A stretch of DNA of 64,000 nucleotides from Spirochaetota bacterium (lineage in GTDB: Bacteria; Spirochaetota; UBA4802; UBA5550), in NCBI GenBank assembly GCA_003246895.1, contig QKCL01000013.1, positions 4,363-68,362 on the forward strand, read 5' to 3'. The translations under genes were made by a program, and so were the position numbers. Below the pieces are notes generated by a model that ran no database searches, was not told the origin of the DNA, and saw only the letters and a list, made by a program, of their open reading frames with translations. Position 1 is the first letter of the stretch. Each line of letters starts with the position of its first letter. Positions 29,030-39,362 of the stretch are shown here, piece after piece.

Positions 29030-29227
29030 ATGGACAAAAAACAGCACAACTGTCCGAAATGTCCCTTCAGGGCAAAATACGACAGAAATACTTCATCTTT
29101 CCTGGGGAAGATATGGAGGTGGCACGCGAACTGGTGCCCTGGATGGAAAAAGTACATGTATTCACTCAGTGATAATGAAAGAAATGAAATTGCCCTGAAG
29201 TACGGCATGGAAAAATTCAGAAGATAA
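29030..29227 (+). CDS. Small Cys/Trp-rich protein
   Basis: SD GAGGT, CPKCPFR...WRWHANWCPGWKKY. Confidence 0.75.
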   Translation: MDKKQHNCPKCPFRAKYDRNTSSFLGKIWRWHANWCPGWKKYMYSLSDNERNEIALKYGMEKFRR

Positions 29228-29307
29228 GTTTTTCACAAATTCTCCCTCCCTGAACTGTATACTGACAAAGCTGACTGTTTTCTGTTTACACAAGCCCGCA
29301 ACAGCTC

Positions 29308-29964
29308 TCAGCACGTGTCAGTCTTAAATACCGATTCTATGAGCTTATAACCTGTAACACCCAGAACTATCGCCGTGAATTTATCAAAATAATATGCTCT
29401 GCTCTTGAACATCATCCGTATACGCTTATGGGAGAGAACAGTAATTATAAATGCATCCCAGAGGAAAACAACACATGTCATCCAGATACCCAGAAACAGT
29501 TTAACCCATAGACTCACATAACCGGTCAGCACAAGGGAAAACAGACTTAAATAAAAGACAAGATTCTTCGGATTTGATATACCCGATGTAAAACCTGTAA
29601 TAAACTCCTTAATAAAAGAGGATTTCATCTTCCCCGATACGGATTCATCCCTGAACAGTAACTCGTAATCTTCCATTTTAGCTCTTACTGCCGAACAAGC
29701 AAGATATATAAGGAAGATTCCACCGCAAATTTTTAGTGCTTTCATTATGATAACGGCTTCCGCAAGAATCTTTCCCAGCCCTATTATACATAATGAGATA
29801 TAAACACCATTTGCGGAAGCGATGCCGAATGCTATGCCGATTGCATTCCTCTTCTCATTCCGTATCCCGCTTTTAACAACCAGTAAAAAATCAGGACCCG
29901 GACTCAGAAGGGCAAGAAAATGTGCAGCAACAGCTGTAATAATAAGTGTACCGGAATTTGACAT
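29308..29964 (-). CDS. LysE/RhtB family translocator
   Basis: LSPGPDF, GGIFLIYL, NPKNLVFY. Confidence 0.92.
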   Translation of the reverse strand: MSNSGTLIITAVAAHFLALLSPGPDFLLVVKSGIRNEKRNAIGIAFGIASANGVYISLCIIGLGKILAEAVIIMKALKICGGIFLIYLACSAVRAKMEDYELLFRDESVSGKMKSSFIKEFITGFTSGISNPKNLVFYLSLFSLVLTGYVSLWVKLFLGIWMTCVVFLWDAFIITVLSHKRIRMMFKSRAYYFDKFTAIVLGVTGYKLIESVFKTDTC

Positions 29965-30231
29965 AATAAATCACCTGACTTATTATAATCTCAGTTTTTT
30001 CTTGCACGATAGAATAATCTTGCTATAATAAAAAAATAATATGGTTATCCATGAAAACCGACAGAACAGTTTATTCGGATTTTCATTTCTATATAGCCGG
30101 CATGTATTCATTTAGAATTATTCATGCCGGAACAGGGTTAGATTCCTGATTTTTCATATCTCATATATTTGGAATTGACTTATTGTAAAATCCCTGTACC
30201 TGTTCATACATCAGTAAAACCGGGTTTGTTG

Positions 30232-31635
30232 ATGAAAAATATATTTTACATATTATGCATTTTATCCCTTTTCTCCTGCACCATGTATAAACCCATGGAG
30301 AGAAAGCTCAATGCAGATCTGCCTGAAAAGTTCGAGCTCTACAGTGAAGGAGAGGCAGACTCCGGAAAGTGGTGGAAATCCATTAAATCGGGGCAGCTTG
30401 ATATTCTCATCGAAGAGAGCCTCCGAAACAACCTGACAGTTCTGCAGGCCTTCGCTTCTGTGCAGAAAGCATGGGCAGTGTCCATAAAGGAAGGATCTGA
30501 AAAATTCCCAACGCTTGAATACCAAGGCAGCTCCTCCATTGCACGGACAAAGGAAAACAACACACAGGGGAAAAAAGAGACAAGGTCATACTCCGCCGGA
30601 CTTGCAGCCAGCTATGAAATTGACCTCTGGGGAAGGATAAGCTCCCTTGCAAAATACTCTAACTACAAATTCAAAAGTTCAGCAGAGGACCTGTTCTCTT
30701 CGGCAATATCCGTGAGCGCCGAAGTTGCCCAGACATGGTTTAAACTTATTGCAGTTGAGGCAAAGATAAGGATTCTCAGGGAACAGCTTGAAACGAATAA
30801 AATCATCGAAGAGATAACCGAACTGCGGTACAAGAGAGGCCTGTCAACGGCTCTTGATGTTTTCCAGCAGAGACAGACAGTAGCCTCTATTATGACAAAA
30901 TTTCCCCTCTACGAGAATGAGAAGATAAAGCTCTTCTACCAGCTTTCCCTGCTCCTGGGAAGAAACCCCAAAAGCGGCTTTCTGGAAATACCTGCAGAAT
31001 TCCCGAAAATGCCCGCTGTGCCCTCATCGGGCATACCGGCACATCTTCTGGCAAGGCGCCCGGATGTACGCAAGGCAGGCTATGACCTGAAATCCGCAGA
31101 CTGGTATGTGAGTTCGGCAAAGGCCGACAGGCTTCCGGCCCTGAGGCTTACAGCTTCATATTCCTTTCAGTCTGACCGCGCGCCTGAACTCTTCGACAAC
31201 TGGATAGCCAATCTTGCGGCCGGACTCACAGGACCCATTTTCAACGGCGGCTATAAAAAGGCGGAGGTCATGCGGGCACGGTTTGAAGCTAATGAAAAAC
31301 TCGCTGCATACAGAGCCGCCGTACTGGGTGCAATCTCCGAAGTACAGGGTGCACTTGTGACTGACAAAAAACAGAAAGAGTACATGGATGCCCTGGAAAA
31401 ACAGTATGAAGCCGCCTCTATAACATATAACGAAGCCATTGAATACTACAGAAGAAGCGCCACAGACTATATAAACGTACTCACAGCCCTGAACACAAAG
31501 CAGGGGCTTGAACTCACACGTATCGATGCAAAACTTGACTACTGCCTGAACAGAATCTCTCTCTACAGATCACTGGGAGGAACTTGGATGATGGAACAGT
31601 ACAGAATAAAAACCGGATACAGGGACAGAAACTGA
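30232..31635 (+). CDS. RND efflux outer-membrane factor lipoprotein (NodT/TolC family)
   Basis: Lipobox LFSC, WW motif, SYEIDLWG, LLARRPDV, LYRSLGG. Confidence 0.92.
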   Translation: MKNIFYILCILSLFSCTMYKPMERKLNADLPEKFELYSEGEADSGKWWKSIKSGQLDILIEESLRNNLTVLQAFASVQKAWAVSIKEGSEKFPTLEYQGSSSIARTKENNTQGKKETRSYSAGLAASYEIDLWGRISSLAKYSNYKFKSSAEDLFSSAISVSAEVAQTWFKLIAVEAKIRILREQLETNKIIEEITELRYKRGLSTALDVFQQRQTVASIMTKFPLYENEKIKLFYQLSLLLGRNPKSGFLEIPAEFPKMPAVPSSGIPAHLLARRPDVRKAGYDLKSADWYVSSAKADRLPALRLTASYSFQSDRAPELFDNWIANLAAGLTGPIFNGGYKKAEVMRARFEANEKLAAYRAAVLGAISEVQGALVTDKKQKEYMDALEKQYEAASITYNEAIEYYRRSATDYINVLTALNTKQGLELTRIDAKLDYCLNRISLYRSLGGTWMMEQYRIKTGYRDRN

Positions 31636-32837
31636 TGGATAACATGAAGATGAAAAAGAGACTTCCCCTTATAATGCTGGGAATAGCAATACTCGTTGTT
31701 TCAGTGGGGATCTCAAAATACTTTTTATCCAGCAAAAAAAAACCGGGCAGAAAACCGCCCGCATCCTATGTGCCCTCAGTTGAGGTAATAAAAATAAAGC
31801 CCTCAGGCACATTTATAAACATACCGGCCATGGGTAAAATAGAGGCTGACGAAAAAGTTTCCCTGAAATGCCAGGTTTCGGGAAAGATAACCTGGACTTC
31901 TCCAAAACTCACAGACGGCGGGATATTCAGAAAAGATGAAACAATACTGAAACTTGATGCGCGGGATTATGAACTTGCACTGACTCAGCAGCTTGCTGTT
32001 CTGGAAAATGCCAAATATGAACTCGCCCTTGAACAGGGGCAGCAGGATCTGGCCAGAAGGCAGTGGGAACTGCTGGGGAAAAACCTGAAATCAACGGAAC
32101 TTGAAAAGAGACTCGCCCTCAGGGCGCCCCACCTGAAACAGAAACTGGCATCCCTCAGCTCCGCAGAAGCCTCCGTAAAACAGGCACGCATAAATCTGGA
32201 AAGAACTGTCATTAAGGCTCCATTCAACTGCATAGTCAGCAGTGTCCAGGTATCAAGGGGTGATATCGCTTCAACAGGATCGACTCTTGCTGTAATAACA
32301 AATATTGACTCATACGATCTGGTCGCTTCGGTTCCCATTGACTCTGTTAAATGGATATCCTTCCCGTCCTGGGGCAAATCAGGTTCACCGGTAACTCTGA
32401 AGTCCGGTTCAGGCAAGTCCTACTCAGGTTCTGTGAAAAAACTTCACAGCGCACTGGAGGATGAGGGAAGGATGGCAAGGATCACAGTTGCAATACATGA
32501 TCCGCTGGGATTTTTGCGATCCGGCCGCCGCATAAAGGATTCTCTTCTCATAGGAGAATACATCTCCTCCACTGTAAAAGGAGCATACATCGGCGGAATA
32601 ACGAAAATACCTGTTCAGAGTATACATGACGGAGACACAATCTGGGTCACAGACAGTCAGGACAGGCTTTCCCTAGTTACTGTCAGATCAATCTGGCGTG
32701 ACAATGACTTCATATATGCCGACAACCTGAAGGGTGACCTTGAGCTGATAATTTCAGACATAGCAACACCTGTAAACGGACTGAAACTCAATGTTCTGAG
32801 AGAGAAAAAGAAACTTTCCATGGATAAAAAACTATGA
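31635..32837 (+). CDS. RND efflux periplasmic adaptor subunit
   Basis: N-terminal TM, QVSGKI, LERTVIKAPF. Coupled to the previous stop (TGATG). Confidence 0.9.
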   Translation: MDNMKMKKRLPLIMLGIAILVVSVGISKYFLSSKKKPGRKPPASYVPSVEVIKIKPSGTFINIPAMGKIEADEKVSLKCQVSGKITWTSPKLTDGGIFRKDETILKLDARDYELALTQQLAVLENAKYELALEQGQQDLARRQWELLGKNLKSTELEKRLALRAPHLKQKLASLSSAEASVKQARINLERTVIKAPFNCIVSSVQVSRGDIASTGSTLAVITNIDSYDLVASVPIDSVKWISFPSWGKSGSPVTLKSGSGKSYSGSVKKLHSALEDEGRMARITVAIHDPLGFLRSGRRIKDSLLIGEYISSTVKGAYIGGITKIPVQSIHDGDTIWVTDSQDRLSLVTVRSIWRDNDFIYADNLKGDLELIISDIATPVNGLKLNVLREKKKLSMDKKL

Positions 32838-35800
32838 GCATAAAGGACCGCGGAATCATAGCATGGATGGTGAACAATTCGGTCACCGCAAATCTGATCA
32901 TGCTAATCCTTCTCATAGGAGGAATCCTCTCCCTTAACATTATAAAGCAGGAAGTCTTTCCGGAGATTGAGTCTGACACTGTGCAGATTTCTGTTTCATA
33001 CCCGGGAGCATCTCCTGAGGAAATCGAGAATGGAATAATTCAGCCCGTAGAAAATGCAATCTCCGGCCTGGATGGAATAAAGGAGATCACATCCACAGCT
33101 TCTGAAAATTCCGCAATCATTTACGCGGAACTTCTTTCAGGAGCTGACCAGAGAAAGGCACTGCAGAACATAAAGGATGAGGTGGACGGAATTACCACTT
33201 TCCCGGGAGATGCAGAGGATCCGGTTGTAAAAATGGTATCGAGAAAGCGGCACGTTGTGTCTTTCATACTCTACGGCGATGTATCAGACAGGGTTCTCCA
33301 TCACACAGCTGAAATAATAAAGGACATGCTCCTTGATGATGAAAAAATAAACCAGGTTGAGTTTGTAGGAGTGAGGGACTATGAAATAAGCATTGAGGTT
33401 TCCCAGGAAAATCTCAGACGGTACAACACCACACTGGGAAAACTCTCCGACATAATAAGCTCTTCCACAATTGAAATTCCGGGCGGAGGGATAAAGACCA
33501 AGGGCGGAGAAATTCTGCTCAGGGTAAATGAAAGAAGAGACTACGGAAGGGAATTTGCCGAACTTCCTGTAATAACCACAAAGAACGGTTCAGTTATTAA
33601 GCTCGGTGAAATAGCGAAGATTAAGGACGGATACGAGGATACAGATTCCTTTGCCCTCTACAACAGCAAGCCCTCTGTGGAAATACAGGTCTATTCACTT
33701 GAAACAGAGAAACCCATAGCTGTGGCAGATGCCGCAAAGAGCAAGGTTGAGGAGATCTCAAAGATTCTCCCCCCCGGCCTGAAACTTGAAGTTCGCTATG
33801 ACAGGTCAGACATCTTCAAACAGAGGATAGTACTGCTTCTGTCCAACGGAGCGATGGGACTTGTTCTTGTAATTCTTGTTCTGGGAATATTTCTGGAGTT
33901 CAGGCTTGCATTCTGGGTAATGATGGGCATACCGATTTCTTTCCTGGGGTCACTTTTGTTTCTTCCGGCCCTTGGATCGTCCATAAACATGATTACGCTA
34001 TTCGCATACATAATTGCACTGGGTATTGTCGTTGATGACGCCATCGTAATAGGTGAAAATATTTACCACTACCGCCAGTCGGGCATGTCCGCAATCGAAG
34101 CGTCAATAAAGGGAGCAAGGGAACTGGCAGTACCTGTTGTATTCAGCATTCTCACAAACATAGTGGCATTTCTTCCTATCAGTTATATTCCCGGCGAAAT
34201 GGGAAAAATATTCGGCATGATCCCGGTAATAGTAATTACTGTTTTTCTTATTTCGCTTTTTGAATCGATTTTCATTCTCCCTGCACATCTTGCCCATTCA
34301 CACAGAACTGAACGCAGCGGAATAAGAGCCACTATTCACTCTCTCCAGCAGAGGTTCAGTACAGCATTCCACAGATGGGTGCGTGAAAAATTCGGGCCAT
34401 TTCTCGGGTTCACCCTTCACCACAGATACCTTACACTGCTTATCAGCCTGAGCATACTCGTAATATCTGTTTCGTATGCCCTTTCGGGCAGAATGGGTTT
34501 CACACTTTTCCCCCGTGTGGAGTCTGATTATTCAAGAGCCACTATTGTCATGCCATACGGTACTCCTGTCGAAAAGACACTTGCTACCGCAAAACTTGTT
34601 GTTAAGGGGGCGGAGAAGACCATTGCCGGCATCGGTTCCAATGAACTTGTAAAAGGTATTTTTACAGAGATCGGATCAGGCGGCAGCCACAACGTATCAA
34701 TCAGGGTATTCCTTGCTGACCCTGAAATACGGAACAAAATAATAAGCAACCAGGAATTCACAGCCCGATGGAGAAAAAATGTCGGAAACCTCACTGGAAT
34801 TGATACCATAAAATTTCAGTCCGATTCCGGCGGGCCAGGTTCCGGCTCCTCACTTACAATTCAGCTCAACCACAGGGATATTAAGACACTGGAGCAGGCA
34901 AGTACGCAACTTGCCTATGAACTGAGCAAATTCTCCATGGTCCAGGATATTGATGACGGATTCCAGAACGGAAAGGAGCAAATCAGCTTCAAAACAGGTA
35001 CAGAGGCAAAATCACTTGGCCTTACTCCACAGTACATTGCCCGGGAGATACGAAATGCCTATTACGGCAAGGAGGTTCTCAGCCAGCAGAGGGGCAGAAA
35101 CGAGCTCAAGGTCATGCTGAGGCTCCCGGAAAAGGACAGAAAAAATGAATACAGTATTGGAAACCTTGTCCTGATTTCTCCCTCGGGCAAGGAGGTTTAC
35201 CTGAAAGATGTCGTCAGGTTTGAACGGGGCCGCGCCTATACTGAAATAAACCATTCCCAGGGCAGAAGGGTCATAAAGGTAGAGGCCGATGTAGTTCCCA
35301 GGGAAAAGACAGATGAAATTATTGCAGAGCTGAAGGAGCGGATTCTTCCGGAACTGACTGAAAAATACTCGGGCCTTAAGTATACATTTGAAGGTAGGCA
35401 GGCGGACATAAGGGAGAGTATGGGTACCCTGAAAACAGGATTTGTCTTCGCGCTCATTGCAATTTTCACTCTCCTTGCTATACCATTTAAAAGTTATTTT
35501 CAGCCCATAATAGTCATGGTGAGCATCCCCTTCGGTATAATAGGAGCCATAATCGGCCATGTCATGCTGGGCTATCCCCTAAGCGTCATAAGCATGTTCG
35601 GAATAGTTGCCCTGTCCGGTGTGGTAGTAAATGATACACTGGTACTTGTGGATATGGCAAACAGGCTAGTACGGCATGAAAACATATCACTCGTAAAGGC
35701 CATATATGAGGCAGCCATCCAGAGGTTCAGGCCGATTATCCTTACAACGCTGACCACATTTTTCGGACTTGCACCGATGATATGGGAAACTTCCAGGCAG

Positions 35801-35938
35801 GCAAAATTTCTCATACCCATGGCAATATCTCTCGGGTTCGGTATACTATTTGCCACACTGATCACTCTCATACTCGTGCCTTCTCTTTATCTTATTCTGC
35901 ACGATATAAAAGTTTTACTGGGCAGGGAGGAAGCCTGA
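32834..35938 (+). CDS. RND efflux permease (AcrB family)
   Basis: 1034 aa, YPGASPEEIE, LGIVVDDAIVIGEN, RFRPIILTTLTT. Confidence 0.95.
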   Translation: MSIKDRGIIAWMVNNSVTANLIMLILLIGGILSLNIIKQEVFPEIESDTVQISVSYPGASPEEIENGIIQPVENAISGLDGIKEITSTASENSAIIYAELLSGADQRKALQNIKDEVDGITTFPGDAEDPVVKMVSRKRHVVSFILYGDVSDRVLHHTAEIIKDMLLDDEKINQVEFVGVRDYEISIEVSQENLRRYNTTLGKLSDIISSSTIEIPGGGIKTKGGEILLRVNERRDYGREFAELPVITTKNGSVIKLGEIAKIKDGYEDTDSFALYNSKPSVEIQVYSLETEKPIAVADAAKSKVEEISKILPPGLKLEVRYDRSDIFKQRIVLLLSNGAMGLVLVILVLGIFLEFRLAFWVMMGIPISFLGSLLFLPALGSSINMITLFAYIIALGIVVDDAIVIGENIYHYRQSGMSAIEASIKGARELAVPVVFSILTNIVAFLPISYIPGEMGKIFGMIPVIVITVFLISLFESIFILPAHLAHSHRTERSGIRATIHSLQQRFSTAFHRWVREKFGPFLGFTLHHRYLTLLISLSILVISVSYALSGRMGFTLFPRVESDYSRATIVMPYGTPVEKTLATAKLVVKGAEKTIAGIGSNELVKGIFTEIGSGGSHNVSIRVFLADPEIRNKIISNQEFTARWRKNVGNLTGIDTIKFQSDSGGPGSGSSLTIQLNHRDIKTLEQASTQLAYELSKFSMVQDIDDGFQNGKEQISFKTGTEAKSLGLTPQYIAREIRNAYYGKEVLSQQRGRNELKVMLRLPEKDRKNEYSIGNLVLISPSGKEVYLKDVVRFERGRAYTEINHSQGRRVIKVEADVVPREKTDEIIAELKERILPELTEKYSGLKYTFEGRQADIRESMGTLKTGFVFALIAIFTLLAIPFKSYFQPIIVMVSIPFGIIGAIIGHVMLGYPLSVISMFGIVALSGVVVNDTLVLVDMANRLVRHENISLVKAIYEAAIQRFRPIILTTLTTFFGLAPMIWETSRQAKFLIPMAISLGFGILFATLITLILVPSLYLILHDIKVLLGREEA

Positions 35939-36083
35939 CAAGGCACCGCGCCCTGTCCTGTATTTCACGATATTATTTTTCACATTTAGCTATGCCGTTC
36001 ACGCCAGATCTCTGTTATCTGTTATCATTGAATTTATCACGAATAGGGTCACATTTGGTATATTTTTCATGGAGGAGAGTGCC

Positions 36084-36334
36084 GTGCCAAATTACTGGGA
36101 GAAAAAATCCGGAGACAGAACCTGCTATTCCAGATCCTTGACAATTAAGTTCTTGTGGGATCACATTTCGGTTCAGGCCACACCGACAATGCCGGGACCT
36201 GCAGTATAGATGAATTCTTAAACGGTACCTTTAACGAAATTGTCCGTGACGATCTCGGGGAGGAGATTCTCTGTGATATCCTGAAGTACCTCCATGAAAG
36301 GATTAGTATTCTGAAAACAGGGAGAGAATTATGA
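36084..36334 (+). pseudogene. Disrupted small gene (1-nt frameshift near 36128 and in-frame TAA at 36146-36148)
   Basis: SD GGAGG plus GTG, MPNYWEKKSGDRTCY / FQILDN*VLVGSHFGSGHTDNAGTCSIDEFLNG...REL*. The final TGA overlaps the next ATG (ATGA). Confidence 0.6.
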
Positions 36335-36822
36335 AATTTCTGTATTCACACATCTGTTCTGCCATGTTTCTTGTCATGTTTCTTACAGTTGCATGCACAT
36401 CAACTTCTTCAGGGAAAAAATTCAGAACCATCTGCAGTGAAAAAATCTCCTTCAAAGAAACTGAATTTTTTAGACCCGGTTTCTGCGGCGCCGATTCATA
36501 CCGTGTGCTATCACAGGGAATCCCGGAATGGTCACTGACAGACCGCAATAAACGCAGATCAAGTTCCCTGAAAGCTGCTGTCATTGCCGCGAGATACCGC
36601 TTGATCGGCAAATTTGAAGGTGCATGCATTGAAACTTGTGTATACAACTGCCCTGATTTTACGAAGAAAAAACTCTGGCTGAAAAAAATCGCCCATGAGA
36701 TTAAAGCCTCACCCGGGAAAATCCTCTTCAAAAACTGGGACAGCAATGATCAATGCACTATTATATTTGAGTTCACCAGGCCGAAACTTAAAGGTGAATT
36801 TGATAAATGCGGTGAAGAGTAA
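36331..36822 (+). CDS. Hypothetical lipoprotein
   Basis: SD GGGAGA, lipobox TVAC, several Cys. Confidence 0.75.
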   Translation: MKFLYSHICSAMFLVMFLTVACTSTSSGKKFRTICSEKISFKETEFFRPGFCGADSYRVLSQGIPEWSLTDRNKRRSSSLKAAVIAARYRLIGKFEGACIETCVYNCPDFTKKKLWLKKIAHEIKASPGKILFKNWDSNDQCTIIFEFTRPKLKGEFDKCGEE

Positions 36823-36858
36823 GGCAAAGAGTTTTATACTATTTCTCTGATAAAACGC

Positions 36859-36886
36859 TTGACATCACACAAATGTATGCTATTTT
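36859..36886 (+). promoter_or_regulatory. Sigma70-like promoter of lexA
   Basis: TTGACA-N16-TATTTT with TG extension. Confidence 0.5.
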
Positions 36887-36912
36887 TATGTTTAGTTATA
36901 TGGAGATGAATT

Positions 36913-37521
36913 ATGGCCAAGGCACTTACTGAAAAACAGCAGCTAATCTACGATTTCATACGGGATGCGATAAACGAATCAGGCTTCCCCCCTACAGTTA
37001 GAGAAATCGGTGACAGATTCCAGATAACAGTAAAGGGCGCCTATGACCACCTGAAGGCAATTGAGAAAAAGGGTTTCATTCAGACCCAGCAGAATAAGTC
37101 CAGGGCAATTGTACTTCTCGGTGAAGAAACAGAGACATCACATGGAGACAATATCTCAATTCCGGTTGTGGGACGTATTGCCGCCGGTGTTCCGATACTT
37201 GCAGAAGAGAACATTGATGATCATATTACATTTCCGGCTTCAATGCTCGGCACAGGCAATTTTTTTGCCCTTCTCGTTTCAGGTGATTCAATGATTGAAG
37301 GCGGGATAAACGATGGAGATATCGCTATAATCAGACAGCAGGATACAGCAAACAACGGTGACATCATTGCCGCACTTCTTGACAATGAAGCCACCTTGAA
37401 GGAATTTAAAAAACTAAGTGATCACGTCGAACTTATTCCCCATAACAGTTCCTATGAACCGATAAAAACCAGGGATATTTCCATACTGGGAAAGCTGGTG
37501 GCTATTTTCAGACAGTACTGA
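36913..37521 (+). CDS. lexA: SOS repressor LexA
   Basis: PPTVREI HTH, Ala-Gly cleavage site RIAAGVP, catalytic GDSM and TLK. Confidence 0.96.
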   Translation: MAKALTEKQQLIYDFIRDAINESGFPPTVREIGDRFQITVKGAYDHLKAIEKKGFIQTQQNKSRAIVLLGEETETSHGDNISIPVVGRIAAGVPILAEENIDDHITFPASMLGTGNFFALLVSGDSMIEGGINDGDIAIIRQQDTANNGDIIAALLDNEATLKEFKKLSDHVELIPHNSSYEPIKTRDISILGKLVAIFRQY

Positions 37522-37905
37522 TCCAATTTTATAGTGATACTCCATCCGCAAAGTCACTTAAAAAAAAGGTATAACTGTTCATTTTCAGGAAATTAAAAGT
37601 AACAGCATTACCCCCAATCTCTCCCTGGAAAGCCGGCCTTTTATTTGAGGAAGTCATCAAATTCAGAGATAAAATCACTGAAGTTTCCGCTTTCCTCAAC
37701 AAGCCTGCCAAGTTCGTATGTAGATAGTGCTATCGGTGTTCATATTGGGAGTTGGCATTATACTTATAATTCTAATGACTATCCCATGCTCCTGCCGATC
37801 CAGAAATTTCCCCTGGTACCATCGGCATTGCAGTTCTTCTTTTTTATTTGACATTCACAACATTAAGGTTCTAATGTAGCAAATCAAATAATCATTTCCG
37901 GTAAT

Positions 37906-39360
37906 ATGCTGCAGAAAATAATTATTACAATACTGTTTATACCAGTTCTCGCATCTCATCTCCCGGCAAAACCTCTTGCCGGTGTTGCGTTGATAACATC
38001 AAATAACGCCAGAGCAGGAGCCATTGCAGACCTCTTTGAAAGGCATATTATTTCCATACTTAAAAAAACAGAGATATTTTCAACAGTTGAATACGGTATA
38101 ATAAAGAAAGAACTGCAGAAATTCAGCTGCACATCTGAACGGTGTGTACTCGGATTTTCCAAAAGCGCGAAATTTTCATTTCTTGTTACCGGCAGTGTTA
38201 CAGACCGTAACGACTATATTACTGTAGAACTTTCAGCCTACGGCACAATGCCTCCCCATGACAGCAGATTAATAGCTGACAGAAGGGTTAAAATTAAACT
38301 GAAATACAATCTCACATCACGGGAATTCAGCCTTATTTCCGAAGAGCATGCAGGTAAATTCATATCATCTGCCCTAAAACATTTCAAAGAACCTGTTTAT
38401 ATAAAAAACAGCAGGCCCGATACTGCCCGGAAACTTTCCGGCACATACAGTTTATATATCGCTGAAAACGGTTTTACAAGGGAATATGGAAAAGTCACTG
38501 TCCGGGACGGTATAATAACAGAACCTGTTGATGAAACAAAAAGTCCCTTTATTTTAATTTCACATGACAAAAAAGCTGAAGACATCTCTGAATACTATAC
38601 CAATGAAAAAAGAAAAATAGTATTCAAAAAAACATCCCTCTACGATACTTTTTACTTCATGCTGTTCACTGCCCCTGCAAGCGCCACCATGCCATTTGCC
38701 TCTCCGGTTCTTGGATATTCGGCTCAAAACGACTGGCAGGGGCTCGGCCTTTGGGCGGTAAATGCCTCTCCATACCTCTATGGTGAAGCCAGGGGATTTA
38801 TCAACAGACCTTCAAAACTCAGGTCTGAAAACAGGGATATTACCAGAGATGACATGGCCATGAACTACTTTGCCTGGTATATGCTTCTGGCCGGGGGAAC
38901 CCCGCTGTTTATTGATGCCTTTTCACATGATTACCTGAACAGGGCATCATATTTCAAGGACAAATATGACCTCATGGGAAACAGCTACACCGCCGCCTGG
39001 CTTTCTCTTATCAGCAACGGAGGCGGGCATTTTTACAGAGGCAGCAGATCGTGGGGGTATTTCTATTTTCATCTGAACAATATTCTCCTTTACATGACCT
39101 TGAGAGAATATGTTCAGCCTGAAGAGTACAACAGCACAACAGGAGCCTATGAAAAACAGTCACGTAACAGTAAAAGCGCAGCAATATGGGGCTCTGTTCT
39201 GGCTATATCCAAAACAGTAGAGATAATACACGCAGTATATTCAAACGACCGCATCGAAAACGGCCAGGAAATTACAGGGGGATTTTCAACAGAACCTGTC
39301 TTCTCCTTCGACTACTCCGGCAAACCTGTATACGGCCTTAACTTTACATTCAGGTACTGA
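37906..39360 (+). CDS. Hypothetical exported/envelope protein
   Basis: Signal peptide, C...C pair (FSCTSERC), repeated GxGxFY/GxxY segments, aromatic C-terminus FTFRY. Confidence 0.8.
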   Translation: MLQKIIITILFIPVLASHLPAKPLAGVALITSNNARAGAIADLFERHIISILKKTEIFSTVEYGIIKKELQKFSCTSERCVLGFSKSAKFSFLVTGSVTDRNDYITVELSAYGTMPPHDSRLIADRRVKIKLKYNLTSREFSLISEEHAGKFISSALKHFKEPVYIKNSRPDTARKLSGTYSLYIAENGFTREYGKVTVRDGIITEPVDETKSPFILISHDKKAEDISEYYTNEKRKIVFKKTSLYDTFYFMLFTAPASATMPFASPVLGYSAQNDWQGLGLWAVNASPYLYGEARGFINRPSKLRSENRDITRDDMAMNYFAWYMLLAGGTPLFIDAFSHDYLNRASYFKDKYDLMGNSYTAAWLSLISNGGGHFYRGSRSWGYFYFHLNNILLYMTLREYVQPEEYNSTTGAYEKQSRNSKSAAIWGSVLAISKTVEIIHAVYSNDRIENGQEITGGFSTEPVFSFDYSGKPVYGLNFTFRY

Positions 39361-39362
39361 TT

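Noticed and set aside
30097..30130. CCGGCATG/CATGCCGG inverted repeat between lysE and the RND operon
   Set aside because: Single short repeat with no regulator nearby. Cannot be assigned.
36303..36746. 147-aa minus-strand ORF and the many other antisense or alternate-frame ORFs in the track (e.g. 35012-35560, 40992-41516, 52788-53264)
   Set aside because: Shadows of well-supported genes, with no SD or motifs.
36823..36912. SOS box upstream of lexA
   Set aside because: No known LexA box (CTGT-N8-ACAG, GAAC-N4-GTTC, TTTG-N5-CAAA) or convincing palindrome found.
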